Positions 1 to 9,794 are shown, numbered from the stretch's first letter. The stretch is 64,000 bases of DNA from Patescibacteria group bacterium (GCA_041664365.1 JBAYKW010000006.1:7286-71285), one strand, 5' to 3'. Translations and numbers: made by a program. Notes: generated by a model from the sequence alone, not told the origin.

Positions 1-1
1 A

Positions 2-172
<171 letters not shown>

Positions 173-309
173 ACCTGTAGCTTTCCAAATAAATATATAA
201 AAACGGGCGTCCTCTTTAAAGGCGCCTGTTTTGGTCTCTAAATCATAAATAATTACTTTGACTTTTACTCATTTTTCATGTTAAAATGAACATTCAATCA
301 GTATAAAAG

Positions 310-2568
310 ATGGCAAATACTCAACCCAAAAAGCGAATAAAAAAGGAAGTCCCCGAAGCGGAGAGGCAACCCATTTTAAACCCCGGAACACGTCGGGGGA
401 TTACTATTGTCGCACTTTTTGTCGTGGCGGCGATCAGTATTTTGAGTTTTTTTGATCTGGCCGGGAGTGTTGGGGTCTATCTGGATCAGTTATTGAAAAT
501 CGTTTTCGGATGGGGTTCATTTGTCTTCCCGATCATCCTCATTATATTCGGTTACCTTTTAATTTTTCCGGACAGATACAAGTTGAAGACTTCAAATTAT
601 CTGGGTGTCTTTTTACTGTTACTTTCCTTTTCAGGTATTCTTCACCTTTTTGTCGGATTAGATACCGCAGTGGAAGCAATCGAAGAAGGACGGGGCGGTG
701 GTTACCTGGGTCTGATGATCAGCTTACCGCTTCTGAAGATTATGGGAATTTGGGCGACCTCTATTGTTTTGATCGCGCTATTCTGTATCGCGATTTTGGT
801 AGTATTCGCGACTTCTCTAAACAGGCTGATTGAAGGCGGCAGTGCCGTCGGGTCGGTGATTATCCGGATCCGGGATTTATTCAGCAGAACCAAATATCGC
901 ATAATATCCAAGAAGCAGGAGAAGGAGGACGTCCAGGATGAGGAAGAGCGTTCCTTCAGTAGAAAAACGATTGCTCAAGATGCGGTACATAATGAAGTGA
1001 AAGAGGATGGGGTTATTACAGAAATTAATGAAGATGTGGAAACCGGTGATCAGATGAAGATTTTTAATAAAAGCAAAAACAGAGTGAAGATCGATATTCC
1101 GATTGACCTTTTGGAGGGAAATTCAGCCAAACCAACGAGCGGTGATATCAATTTGAATAAAGAAAAGATTAAAAAAACTCTGCAGAATTTCGGTATTGAA
1201 GTTGAGATGGGTGAGACGAATGTCGGCCCGACCGTAACGCAATACACACTCAAACCGTCCGAGGGTGTAAGGATCTCACAGATTGATACTTTGCAGAATG
1301 ACATCGCGCTGGCCCTGGCCGCCCATCCGATCAGAGTGGAAGCGCCGATCCCGGGCAAATCGCTTGTTGGAATTGAAGTGCCGAACCAAAAAGTGGCGGT
1401 GGTCAAACTGAAGGAGATTATTCAGAGTGATGGGTTTAAAAAGAGAGAATCCGATCTTAGTATTTCTTTAGGCAAGGATGTGTCGGGCAATCCGTGGGTG
1501 GCAGATTTGGATACCATGCCCCATCTTTTGGTTGCCGGTGCCACCGGATCCGGAAAGAGTGTTTGCATCAATTCGATAATCATCAGTCTTTTATATGAGA
1601 ATTCACCGGACAACCTGAAACTTATATTAGTGGATCCAAAAAGGGTGGAATTAACAATTTATAACGGCATACCGCATTTACTGACCCCGGTGATTACGAA
1701 GGCGGATAAGACAGTCAATGCCCTAAACTGGGCGGTGGCGGAAATGGATCGAAGATTTGAATTATTGGCACAATCGGGTCAAAGGAATATCAAAGGATTC
1801 AACGCGGGGGTCAAAGTGGGCTTGCCGTACATCGTAATCGTTATCGATGAATTGGCGGATCTGATGAGTGTCGCTCCGGTGGAAGTGGAGAGCAGAATTA
1901 TCAGACTGGCGCAAATGGCCAGGGCGGTCGGCATTCATTTGATCGTCGCAACCCAGAGACCGTCCGTGGATGTCATCACCGGTTTGATCAAAGCGAATAT
2001 CACCTCCCGTATCGCCTTTACGGTTGCATCGGGTACAGACTCCAGAACAATATTGGATTTTGCCGGTGCGGAGAAACTGCTGGGCAGTGGAGATATGCTT
2101 TATGTTTCACAGCAACTTTCCAAACCGAAGCGTTTGCAGGGGGCATTTGTTACGGAAAGAGAAATTAGAAACATTGTGGACTTCCTGAAAGAAAAAGGTG
2201 AGCCGGAATATAATGATGAAGTAACGGTCCGGCACGGTGCCAATGTTGGTGAAAAAGGTGAAACATTTTCTGATGAAGAAGATGAATTAATCGATGATGC
2301 GCAGGAAATAATCATGGAATCACAAAAAGCCTCCGCCTCTTTCCTGCAGAGAAGGATGAGGATCGGCTACGCGCGCGCCGCACGCATTTTGGATATTTTG
2401 GAACAGAAAGGGATTATCGGCCCGGCGGATGGAGCCAAACCCCGTGATGTTTATGTAAAGGATAAAGAGGATGTAGATATTGTCACTGACCAGTACGACG
2501 AGGTGGAAGGTGTTGTCGAAGACGAGGCAGTTGGTAAGGATGAGACTGACGAGGAAAATAAACTTTAA
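310..2568 (+). CDS. ftsK: DNA translocase FtsK/SpoIIIE
   Basis: N-terminal TM helices, Walker A GATGSGKS, Walker B VIVIDELADL, C-terminal gamma/winged-helix domain (SASFLQRRMRIGYARAARILDILEQKGIIGP). Confidence 0.9.
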   Translation: MANTQPKKRIKKEVPEAERQPILNPGTRRGITIVALFVVAAISILSFFDLAGSVGVYLDQLLKIVFGWGSFVFPIILIIFGYLLIFPDRYKLKTSNYLGVFLLLLSFSGILHLFVGLDTAVEAIEEGRGGGYLGLMISLPLLKIMGIWATSIVLIALFCIAILVVFATSLNRLIEGGSAVGSVIIRIRDLFSRTKYRIISKKQEKEDVQDEEERSFSRKTIAQDAVHNEVKEDGVITEINEDVETGDQMKIFNKSKNRVKIDIPIDLLEGNSAKPTSGDINLNKEKIKKTLQNFGIEVEMGETNVGPTVTQYTLKPSEGVRISQIDTLQNDIALALAAHPIRVEAPIPGKSLVGIEVPNQKVAVVKLKEIIQSDGFKKRESDLSISLGKDVSGNPWVADLDTMPHLLVAGATGSGKSVCINSIIISLLYENSPDNLKLILVDPKRVELTIYNGIPHLLTPVITKADKTVNALNWAVAEMDRRFELLAQSGQRNIKGFNAGVKVGLPYIVIVIDELADLMSVAPVEVESRIIRLAQMARAVGIHLIVATQRPSVDVITGLIKANITSRIAFTVASGTDSRTILDFAGAEKLLGSGDMLYVSQQLSKPKRLQGAFVTEREIRNIVDFLKEKGEPEYNDEVTVRHGANVGEKGETFSDEEDELIDDAQEIIMESQKASASFLQRRMRIGYARAARILDILEQKGIIGPADGAKPRDVYVKDKEDVDIVTDQYDEVEGVVEDEAVGKDETDEENKL

Positions 2569-2573
2569 AAAAA

Positions 2574-3263
2574 ATGGGAAGTTTCAAAGGCAAAGAAATA
2601 CGCGAAACTCGCACGCTGGGTGATAAACTTCGTGAAGCACGGGAAGAAGACAAAATCTCCTTAGCGGATGCCGGAAATGCAATACAGATACGCAAAGAAT
2701 ATCTGCAGTATTTAGAGGAAGGGGAATACAGTAAACTGCCGGGGGAAGTTTATATCAGAAATTTTCTGATCAAGTATGCTACTTTTCTACATTTGAATCC
2801 CAACAGGGTGATCGAAATATTTGAAGCGGAAAAAAAGATCTTTAAGAATATTACTCCCCTGGAAAAACATCCGACCAACGGCAGAAATGTGGTAAGAAAT
2901 CATCCGATTATCAATCCGAAATTTTTCCGGAACGGAATGGTAATTCTGATCATTATCTCCCTATTAATCTATTTTGGCATAGAGGTAAGCCAGATTATGT
3001 CACCGCCCTCACTGGAAATATATTCTCCCAAGGAAGATAATGTGACAACAAATGAATTTTCCTACGAAATATCCGGCCAAACGGAAAAAGAAACAACAGT
3101 TATGATCAACGGTGAAGAAATACTGGGTGATCCAAACGGATATTTCGAAGCGGTTGTCGCACTGAAGGAGGGGATAAATATTCTGGAAATAACCGCCGTC
3201 CGCAAAAGCAGTAAGGCGAACACAATTTACAAAAGAATCAGAGTGGAGCCGGGAGAAATTTAA
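2574..3263 (+). CDS. RodZ-like XRE-type HTH membrane protein
   Basis: N-terminal HTH (LGDKLREAREEDKISLADAGNAIQIRKEYLQYLEEGEY...VYIRNFLIKYATFLHLN) resembles the RodZ N-domain; single TM segment (MVILIIISLLIYFGI); C-terminal extracytoplasmic domain. Confidence 0.55.
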   Translation: MGSFKGKEIRETRTLGDKLREAREEDKISLADAGNAIQIRKEYLQYLEEGEYSKLPGEVYIRNFLIKYATFLHLNPNRVIEIFEAEKKIFKNITPLEKHPTNGRNVVRNHPIINPKFFRNGMVILIIISLLIYFGIEVSQIMSPPSLEIYSPKEDNVTTNEFSYEISGQTEKETTVMINGEEILGDPNGYFEAVVALKEGINILEITAVRKSSKANTIYKRIRVEPGEI

Positions 3264-3295
3264 ATAATATATATCTTATTTTTAATTAATATACA

Positions 3296-4315
3296 ATGAC
3301 AAAAAATCCAATAGCAAGATCCGACGAAAAAGATAAAGCCGCGCAGGTGGCGATCGACCAGATCAAAGACCGGTTCGGCGCCGGAGCGATTATGAAATTG
3401 GGCGATACGCAAAAAGTAAAAGTTGATTCCATATCAACCGGCTGTGTTTCCCTGGATATCGCGCTCGGCGTGGGCGGGGTTCCGCGCGGAAGAATTATTG
3501 AAATCTACGGTCCGGAATCATCCGGTAAAACAACCCTGGCCCAGCACATTGTCGCTGAAGTGCAGAAGGTCGGAGGAACAGCTGCTTTTATTGACGCGGA
3601 ACACGCGCTGGATCCGGGCTATGCCAAAAAGATCGGAGTGGATACGGAAGAACTGCTGATTTCACAGCCGGATAACGGTGAACAGGCCTTGGAGATATTG
3701 GAAACTTTGGTCCGTTCCAACGCGGTGGACGTAGTAGTGGTGGACTCGGTCGCGGCACTGACACCGAAGGCGGAAATTGAAGGTGATATGGGCGATTCAC
3801 ACATGGGACTGCAGGCCAGACTGATGAGCCAGGCTCTCCGAAAACTGGCCGGCATCATCAGTAAGAGCAATACGGTCGTAATCTTTATCAACCAGATCCG
3901 TATGAAGATCGGTGTATTCTTCGGCAACCCGGAGACGACCACCGGTGGTAATGCGCTAAAATTTTATTCCTCCGTCCGGATCGAAGTACGCCGTTCGGCG
4001 CAGATTAAAAAAGGCGAACAGATTATCGGTAACCGCGTAAAAGCAAAAGTAGTAAAGAATAAAGTAGCCGCCCCTTTCCGAACGACTGAATTTGATATTA
4101 TGTACAATGAAGGGATCTCAATGGCGGGTGATCTGATCGATACTGCCATCCAATACGGAGTCATGAATAAAAACGGCAACTCTTACAGTTACGGAGAAGC
4201 AAAACTGGGAGTAGGCAGAGAAACAGCCAGGGTAGCCTTGAGAGATGACAAGAAGCTGATGAAAGAAATCAAGGAAAAAGTTCTGCTCGCGGTTAAGAAT
4301 ACAGAAGAAAAATAG
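3296..4315 (+). CDS. recA: Recombinase RecA
   Basis: GPESSGKTT Walker [10 protein letters not shown]1/L2 loop region ([37 protein letters not shown]); full length 339 aa. Confidence 0.95.
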   Translation: MTKNPIARSDEKDKAAQVAIDQIKDRFGAGAIMKLGDTQKVKVDSISTGCVSLDIALGVGGVPRGRIIEIYGPESSGKTTLAQHIVAEVQKVGGTAAFIDAEHALDPGYAKKIGVDTEELLISQPDNGEQALEILETLVRSNAVDVVVVDSVAALTPKAEIEGDMGDSHMGLQARLMSQALRKLAGIISKSNTVVIFINQIRMKIGVFFGNPETTTGGNALKFYSSVRIEVRRSAQIKKGEQIIGNRVKAKVVKNKVAAPFRTTEFDIMYNEGISMAGDLIDTAIQYGVMNKNGNSYSYGEAKLGVGRETARVALRDDKKLMKEIKEKVLLAVKNTEEK

Positions 4316-4330
4316 AAAATCTTTATAATC

Positions 4331-4368
4331 AAAAACCCCCACACTTATCTTAAGTGTGGGGGTTTTAG
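4331..4368. terminator. Bidirectional rho-independent terminator between convergent recA and efp
   Basis: Hairpin CCCCCACACTTA-tc-TAAGTGTGGGGG followed by TTTT. It lies between the recA stop (4315) and the efp stop (4374). Confidence 0.7.
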
Positions 4369-4373
4369 TTTTA

Positions 4374-4943
4374 TTATACTTGATTGACTCTTTCTACGTA
4401 TAAACCCGATTCTGTATTCACCCGGATTGTATCACCTTCTTTGATAAACAGCGGGGCCTGCACCGTATAGCCGGTTTCGACAACCACCGGTTTATAAACA
4501 CTGCCCTGCGCGGTATCGCCTTTCACTCCCGGCGCGGCTTCAGTTACTTTAAGATCTACTTTGGTTGGGATATTGATTGATACCGGTTTACCGTCGAAAT
4601 TCAAGACTTCAATATCGGACTCTTCTTTGACAAAGTTGGAAATTTCCCCGATCTGCGCTTTCGGCAGGACAAACTGTTCAAACGAATCATTATCCATGAA
4701 ATAAAAGTCATCTCCTTCACGGTACAGGAAATTTGCTTTGGTACGGGTGAGATCCGCTTCTTGGATTTTGTCTCCGCCCCGATAAGATATTTCTAAGATA
4801 CCGCCGGAAATGACGTTGCGCATTTTTGTGCGCAGTACCGCTCCGCCGCGGCCCATTTTCAAGTGGTCGGTGGAGATAATAACGAAAGGTTCGCCATTTT
4901 CCACGACTACGGTTCCTAATTTGACTTCATTCATTCCTAGCAT
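4374..4943 (-). CDS. efp: Translation elongation factor P
   Basis: 189 aa with the EF-P KOW/OB architecture; conserved GRGGA loop region (KMGRGGAVLRTKMRNV). Confidence 0.9.
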   Translation of the reverse strand: MLGMNEVKLGTVVVENGEPFVIISTDHLKMGRGGAVLRTKMRNVISGGILEISYRGGDKIQEADLTRTKANFLYREGDDFYFMDNDSFEQFVLPKAQIGEISNFVKEESDIEVLNFDGKPVSINIPTKVDLKVTEAAPGVKGDTAQGSVYKPVVVETGYTVQAPLFIKEGDTIRVNTESGLYVERVNQV

Positions 4944-4956
4944 ATTTTTCTCTAGA

Positions 4957-5196
4957 TTATCTGGTTGTATAAGGAATCAGTGCCATAAACCGGGCGCGTT
5001 TTACCGCCTGGGCCAATTTGCGCTGATGTTTGGAGCAGGTTCCGGTTTTCTTTCTTGGCAGGATTTTGGCATAGGAGGAAAGAAATCTCTGGAATGCTTT
5101 GGTGTCTTTGTAGTCAATTTCCGCAATGCCGTTGGCACAGAAATGACAGACTCTGATTTTTGGTAAACTATTGGTTGTTGTTGTTCGTGGTCTCAT
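4957..5196 (-). CDS. rpsR: 30S ribosomal protein S18
   Basis: 79 aa; CHFC...IDYKD...[31 protein letters not shown] is the S18 signature. Classic rpsF-ssb-rpsR arrangement. Confidence 0.85.
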   Translation of the reverse strand: MRPRTTTTNSLPKIRVCHFCANGIAEIDYKDTKAFQRFLSSYAKILPRKKTGTCSKHQRKLAQAVKRARFMALIPYTTR

Positions 5197-5208
5197 ATTT
5201 ATAGGGGG

Positions 5209-5640
5209 TTAAAAAGGAATATCTTCAACATTGATCTCTTCTTCATCTGACGGAGCCTGTGGCTGTGGTACTGCTTCCGGTCGGGATGCTGCGCTGCCTT
5301 CTGATTTTTCGCCCGGCCTGCCCAGCATGATCATGTTTTCGCCGACTATTTCTGTGCGATAACGTTTCTTTCCGTCATCACCGTCCCAGGAACGGGTCTG
5401 CAATCGGCCTTCGATGTAAACCTGACCGCCCTTTTTCAGATACTGGCCGGCTATTTCCGCCAGCTTGCCCCAGGTGACAATGTTGTGGAACTCGGATTTT
5501 TCCTGCTTCTGTCCGCTTTTGTCCGTCCAGTTGAAACTGGTGGCCAGGGAAAATGTGGTGACGGTTTGTCCGGAAGGAATCGTCTTGGTTTCCGGATCGC
5601 GGGTCAGTCGCCCGATGATTGTTGCTTTGTTTAAGTCCAT
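5209..5640 (-). CDS. ssb: Single-stranded DNA-binding protein
   Basis: OB fold (TIIGRLTRDPE...EFHNIVTWGKLAE), Gly/Pro-rich linker and the canonical acidic C-terminal tail ending DIPF. Confidence 0.9.
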   Translation of the reverse strand: MDLNKATIIGRLTRDPETKTIPSGQTVTTFSLATSFNWTDKSGQKQEKSEFHNIVTWGKLAEIAGQYLKKGGQVYIEGRLQTRSWDGDDGKKRYRTEIVGENMIMLGRPGEKSEGSAASRPEAVPQPQAPSDEEEINVEDIPF

Positions 5641-5661
5641 AGTATTTTTGGTAAAGGTTAA

Positions 5662-6195
5662 TTATGTTCCTAAAATATCGTCATCGAGAATATGATCCAG
5701 TTTCTCGTCCAGTTCCTCGAGCGATACTTTCTTCTGTTCCTTCTTAACCTGTCTTTCTACTTTTTCCTCTTCCACTGGTTTCGGATCCGCAAACGGTATT
5801 CGGTTAATTACCGGCTCTTCAGCTTCGAATAATGGTTTGACTTCTACCGGCTTCTCGATTCTTCTTTCCTTGGCTTCTTTCGCCCGTTTCTCCGCTCTGG
5901 CGATCGCCAGTACGTCCCGGACGGTTATGATGTATCTGGTTACTTCGTCCATGATTGCCAGTTCTTTCTCCATTGTGCGCAGATTAGCACCCGGCAAATC
6001 AAAATCTACCTGCACGTAATAACCATAGCGCTGGTTTTTGATCGGGTAGGCTAGTTTTTTCTTGCCTAGGTTGTTGTCGCGGACGACGGTGCCCTCGTTC
6101 TTCTTGATCAGTTCGAACACTTTGTCGCGAACAAAAGGAATCTCTTCCTCAGAAATTTTGGAAGAGATAATTACTAAAAGCTCGTAATTTTGCAT
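5662..6195 (-). CDS. rpsF: 30S ribosomal protein S6 with long acidic/lysine-rich C-terminal extension
   Basis: Start placed at the internal Met (MQNYELLVIIS...) = residue 44 of the track ORF. The S6 core is followed by ~80 aa of charged tail. The upstream 43 codons of the track ORF overlap the promoter region. Confidence 0.85.
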   Translation of the reverse strand: MQNYELLVIISSKISEEEIPFVRDKVFELIKKNEGTVVRDNNLGKKKLAYPIKNQRYGYYVQVDFDLPGANLRTMEKELAIMDEVTRYIITVRDVLAIARAEKRAKEAKERRIEKPVEVKPLFEAEEPVINRIPFADPKPVEEEKVERQVKKEQKKVSLEELDEKLDHILDDDILGT

Positions 6196-6295
6196 ATTTT
6201 GACCTCTTTCTTGCCTGTCCATCTTGAAATGGTCGTTATCTTCCAAGACATGGGATTGAGCAGGCATTAATTTATAAGTTGTAAAGTTCCCCGCA

Positions 6296-6354
6296 ATCTT
6301 ACCAAAGGCGGGGGAAGGTGTCAACCCCGTTAGAAATATCGATTTCTAACGGGG
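6296..6354 (-). promoter_or_regulatory. Putative rpsF-ssb-rpsR promoter (TTGACA-17-TAAGAT on minus strand) abutted by a 30-bp palindrome CCCCGTTAGAAAT-atcg-ATTTCTAACGGGG
   Basis: On the minus strand the palindrome (6325-6354) is immediately followed by TTGACA (6319-6324), a 17-bp spacer and TAAGAT (6296-6301), about 95 nt upstream of the rpsF ATG. The same palindrome-then-(-35) architecture recurs at 16972, 19989, 20861 and 26541-26569. Confidence 0.5.
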
Positions 6355-6364
6355 TCAAGGGTTA

Positions 6365-6403
6365 TATCCCGCAGGCGCGAATTCGAATTCGCGCCTGCGG
6401 ATA
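6365..6403. repeat. 38-bp near-perfect palindrome TATCCCGCAGGCGCGAATTC|GAATTCGCGCCTGCGGATA
   Basis: Read directly; 19/20 arm match; two adjacent EcoRI sites at the dyad centre. It sits between the rpsF promoter and the first GC-rich cassette. Confidence 0.6.
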
Positions 6404-6417
6404 GGGTTCAGTTCTGC

Positions 6418-6470
6418 AGAAAACCCGATTGCTGTAACCCCAAACTGGTCGCATGTCGGAGCGCGATAAT
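6418..6470 (+). repeat. Dispersed repeat family R1, copy A (CAGAAAACCCGATT...AAACTGGTCGCATGTCGGAGCGCG)
   Basis: The same ~50-bp motif recurs at 9557-9606, 19801-19847 and, inverted, at 26769-26818. There is a partial copy at 7929-7943 and a related CTGGTCGC box at 50478. Confidence 0.5.
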
Positions 6471-6711
6471 TGGACTGACCTGTCCGCCGTATCCGCCGGC
6501 CGGCGGAGAATGCGGGTCAGTCACCACACCCCCTGCGCCATTGACATAAATGGCAATCTGTATTAAAAGGTAGTCAACTGCCAAGCAGGAGTGCGAATAA
6601 CGTGCTTCAAGGCAAAGCAGTGGCCGGCGAATAATGTCGGTCGGCTCTTTCACGAACGGATGCTCCAGGGCGAATATCGTTCCGGCATCTGACAAACAGT
6701 GGAGGTAACTC

Positions 6712-7245
6712 ATGTTTCTCTGGCATCTCATCTGTATGAGCTACGGTTGGAGACGCCGCAAGTGGCAGAGGATCTTCTTCCTCGCTCTGCTCACGCCGCT
6801 CATCATCAACGGCATCTTCGGAAACATCTACGACTACTCGAAGTCGTGGAGCTACGCTGTTCTCTTCGGAGAGCTGGTGCTCTTCCTGTCCATTGACCGC
6901 GTAGTCAAGCGCCAGTTTCGTCGGGCGCTCAAGCGGAGGCTGAGGCCCGTCTGGGATTTTTTTGAGGGTAGTGCGCTTTCCGAAGAGAAGATCATACAGA
7001 GAACTGTTGATGTGTTTCTGGAAGCGATGGCTTGGCGACTCAAGCAACTGACCGAAGATCAGCGGTTGATCGCAACACGGGAGAAGAGTTTTCCCGGTCT
7101 CTGGACAGCCAAGCTGATGATCATCAACAATCTGGTTGCCGTCGCGTTGAAGGATTTCTGGCGGGTCCACTGGCTCGCTCGCGCCCTCGGTTTCAAGGTG
7201 AAGCTTCGCTGGTGGGGCTACCTCCCGAGCGATAACGCCGAATAG
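6712..7245 (+). CDS. Hypothetical protein, GC-rich paralog A (N-terminal TM segment)
   Basis: SD GGAGGT 7 nt upstream of the ATG. Paralogous to the next ORF (shared MF.W.LIC.S, MFGELVL..IDRVV, AMAWR...LTEDQR, ALKDFWRVHWLAR.LG). About 58% GC versus ~40% flanks. Confidence 0.55.
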   Translation: MFLWHLICMSYGWRRRKWQRIFFLALLTPLIINGIFGNIYDYSKSWSYAVLFGELVLFLSIDRVVKRQFRRALKRRLRPVWDFFEGSALSEEKIIQRTVDVFLEAMAWRLKQLTEDQRLIATREKSFPGLWTAKLMIINNLVAVALKDFWRVHWLARALGFKVKLRWWGYLPSDNAE

Positions 7246-7286
7246 GCATTACATACGGGCTCGCTGAACCACAGAGGAGACAAATC

Positions 7287-7829
7287 ATGTTCATTTGGCG
7301 TCTCATCTGCCTGAGTCGGAGGCGTAGCGGGAGAATGAAGTTCTTCTTTCTCTTTCTGCTCGCGTTCCTCCTGATCAACATGGTCCTCTTCCGCATCTTC
7401 AGCATCTTCGACTTCGTGTTGTGGAGGGCTCTCACGATGTTCGGGGAGTTGGTGCTCTACATCATCATCGATCGCGTCGTACTCTTCCTTCACTTCCGCG
7501 CGCTGTGGAAGAAGCTGACACCGCTCCGCGTTCTGTACAACAGCGACCTGGAGTCCAGGGAGGAGGTGATGGCCATCTTGGAAAGCTGCACCTTCCGGTA
7601 CTTGACCGCGATGGCCTGGCGGATCGAGTGTCTGACCGAAGATCAGCGGATTTTCTCGGAGAAGACGAAGTACTTCCCCGATTCCTGCGCAGGACAGGCG
7701 ATGGTCACCAACGACCTAGTCGCTCATGCGCTGAAGGACTTCTGGCGGGTCCACTGGCTTGCTCGCAGTCTCGGCGTGGATGTGTACAACAGCTGGAAGT
7801 ACTACGTTATGCCGGATGACGTCGAGTAG
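7287..7829 (+). CDS. Hypothetical protein, GC-rich paralog B (tandem duplicate of 6712..7245)
   Basis: SD AGAGGAGA upstream; the paralogy given for the previous ORF supports the coding strand. Confidence 0.55.
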   Translation: MFIWRLICLSRRRSGRMKFFFLFLLAFLLINMVLFRIFSIFDFVLWRALTMFGELVLYIIIDRVVLFLHFRALWKKLTPLRVLYNSDLESREEVMAILESCTFRYLTAMAWRIECLTEDQRIFSEKTKYFPDSCAGQAMVTNDLVAHALKDFWRVHWLARSLGVDVYNSWKYYVMPDDVE

Positions 7830-7924
7830 GTATCGCACGAAGCTCGGGCTCGAATCGTACACACGATTTGACCCGGGCATTTTTTATTTTACCTAAAACA
7901 AAAGCAACCGGTTATTATTCAAAC

Positions 7925-8029
7925 CGGTTGTTCGTCGGAGCGCGATTTCTAAACACTTATGGATTCCCGCTTTCGCGGGAATGACAGGGGGATACTAATT
8001 GTCATCCTCGGACTTGATCCGGGGATCCA
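7925..8029. repeat. Dispersed repeat R1 (partial) + R2 hairpin pair (TGGATTCCCGCtttcGCGGGAATGACA ... TGTCATCCTCGGacttgatCCGGGGATCCAT), copy B
   Basis: ~70-bp imperfect palindrome made of two sub-hairpins. Homologous copies lie at 19866-19940 and 26658-26749, with inverted partial copies at 9622-9645 and 9728-9794. Confidence 0.5.
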
Positions 8030-8131
8030 TTATTTTTTTGAATAAGTACAATAACAATTGATATGGTTGGTCAATCCGCGCAAATATGCTACATTAAAAA
8101 CCAGACCCTTTAATCATTAACGAAAAAATTA

Positions 8132-9439
8132 ATGACAAAAAGTGCCAAGGTTAGTATTTTCATAATTATCATTGTGCTAATTTTAGCCGGAATTCTCTGG
8201 TGGCTAAATACCAACACCTCATTTTTATCGCTCGGCAATAACGAACAGGAAATTATTAATAACAATTTCAATAACCAACCGGTAAATACAAGTAATACAA
8301 ACACAGCCGAAAACACCAACACCGAACCACAAGCCCCCGCGCCGGATCTGACTGAGCTTATCGAACAGGATCTGCAAATCCCCGCCCAGTACCAAACCGG
8401 AACATTTGCTACGGCGCGCAAGTTAAACTTACCCGCCGGGTTTACTATCAGTCTGTATGCCGCGGGGCTTACCGCACCGCGCTTTTTTGACTTTGACGAA
8501 GAGAACAATTTAATCGTCGCGGACAAAGGCGCGGGTAAAATATTTCTGCTGAAAGATACAAATCAAGACGGCACCGCGGATGAAAATATAGTGATTGACT
8601 CAGACCTCAAGACAATGCACAGCGTGGACTTTTACAAAGGGGATTTGTTCGCCGGAGAAGAGCATCAAATAATAGTCTACCGCGACTTACAGCCGGACGG
8701 CACTTACAGCGCCAAAGATGTATTAGTAGCAGACCTGCCGTCAGATGGCGGTCACTCCACCCGAACGGTGCTGGTCGGTCCGGATGAGAAGCTGTATGTA
8801 TCAGTCGGATCAAGTTGTAATATCTGCGAGGAAAAGGACGAACGCCGTGCCGCCGTCATGCAGTATGACCTGGACGGATCAAACGGCCGGGTGTTTGCCA
8901 AGGGCTTACGGAACGCGGTTGGCATAGCTTTTTACAAAGGGGATTTATGGTCGGTGACCAATGGAAGGGACCGCTTGGGTGACGACATCCCACAGGAGGA
9001 AGTGGATATTCTGGAAAAAGGCAATCATTACGGCTGGCCGTACTGCTATGGCAAAGGTGTGGTAGATCCCAGCTTCCCCGCACGCGCCGAGTTCTGCGCC
9101 AACGATACTACCGATCCGGTTTATCTCATGCAGGCCCATTCCGCTCCGCTGGGAGTTACCTTCAATGCTGAGAACAGCGTTTTCCCCGTACAACTTCAGG
9201 AAAACATGTTTGTTGGCTTTCACGGTTCCTGGAACCGCAGTGTTCCCACCGGATACAAAGTCGTGCGCATCAACACGGGCGACGCCAAAGCCGAGCCGGT
9301 TAACTTTATTACCGGGTGGCTTGATGAAAACGGGGATGTCTGGGGCAGGCCGGTGGGAGTCGGTTTTGACCAAAACGGCGTTTTCTATATTTCGGACGAT
9401 GAAGCCGGCGCAATCTACCGCGTAACCTATACCGAATAG
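8132..9439 (+). CDS. Glucose/sorbosone dehydrogenase-like beta-propeller protein (N-terminal TM/signal anchor, N/T-rich linker)
   Basis: Motifs typical of the PQQ-dependent soluble GSDH / L-sorbosone dehydrogenase family (GWPYCYG; propeller blades). N-terminal hydrophobic segment plus low-complexity N/T-rich region. Confidence 0.7.
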   Translation: MTKSAKVSIFIIIIVLILAGILWWLNTNTSFLSLGNNEQEIINNNFNNQPVNTSNTNTAENTNTEPQAPAPDLTELIEQDLQIPAQYQTGTFATARKLNLPAGFTISLYAAGLTAPRFFDFDEENNLIVADKGAGKIFLLKDTNQDGTADENIVIDSDLKTMHSVDFYKGDLFAGEEHQIIVYRDLQPDGTYSAKDVLVADLPSDGGHSTRTVLVGPDEKLYVSVGSSCNICEEKDERRAAVMQYDLDGSNGRVFAKGLRNAVGIAFYKGDLWSVTNGRDRLGDDIPQEEVDILEKGNHYGWPYCYGKGVVDPSFPARAEFCANDTTDPVYLMQAHSAPLGVTFNAENSVFPVQLQENMFVGFHGSWNRSVPTGYKVVRINTGDAKAEPVNFITGWLDENGDVWGRPVGVGFDQNGVFYISDDEAGAIYRVTYTE

Positions 9440-9556
9440 TTTCGGAATATAAAGCTTTAGCTTTATAAAAAAAGGTAAGGCTAAAGCCTTACATTCCATG
9501 TTGTTTTATTTTTTAGGGTAAGTTACCACCACACCCAAATTGGGTGTGGGGGCTTT

Positions 9557-9794
9557 CCAAAAAACCCAGATTTAATAATCCCAAACCGGTCGCATGTCGG
9601 AGCGCGCGGGCTGGTTTTAATTTGGATTCCCGGGCCAAGCCCGGCCAATTTGAATAAATCTAAGCCATACATATTTAATGCAAAAATTGGACGGGCAAGC
9701 CCGAGAATAACAGACTTACTCCCTCCTTGTCATTCCCGCGCAGGCGGGAATCCACCATTACTATAGCCCGACTATTGTTTTAGCGGGAATCCAC
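9557..9794. repeat. Composite repeat block: R1 copy C, then R2-like hairpins in inverted orientation
   Basis: CCAAAAAACCCAGATTT...AAACCGGTCGCATGTCGGAGCGCG (R1); TGGATTCCCGGGCCAAGCCCGG and TGTCATTCCCGCGCAGGCGGGAATCCA (R2-like). It separates the GSDH gene from the AT-rich island. Confidence 0.45.

Noticed and set aside
1050-4342. Antisense and out-of-frame track ORFs inside ftsK and recA (1050..1406-, 1422..1613-, 2100..2315-, 3423..3659+, 3619..3942-, 3964..4179-, 4118..4342-)
   Set aside because: They lie within strongly conserved full-length housekeeping genes on the other strand or frame.
6418-6470. R1 motif CAGAAAACCCGATT resembling the RNase P RNA 3' conserved region (ACAGAAcCCGGCUUA)
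   Set aside because: It is present in five or more copies at cassette borders, lacks the P4 GGAAAGUCCGG partner, and is far too short. It is a dispersed repeat, not RNase P.
6607-7170. Long minus-strand ORFs (6607..7170, 6852..7043, 7193..7493) overlapping the GC-rich paralog pair
   Set aside because: High GC suppresses stop codons on all frames. The plus-strand ORFs have SDs and are paralogous to each other, so the minus-strand ORFs are treated as artefacts.
7958-8029. R2 hairpins as integron attC sites
   Set aside because: No R'' GTTRRRY / RYYYAAC core sites and no intI-like integrase are present in 64 kb. Noted only as a structural analogy.
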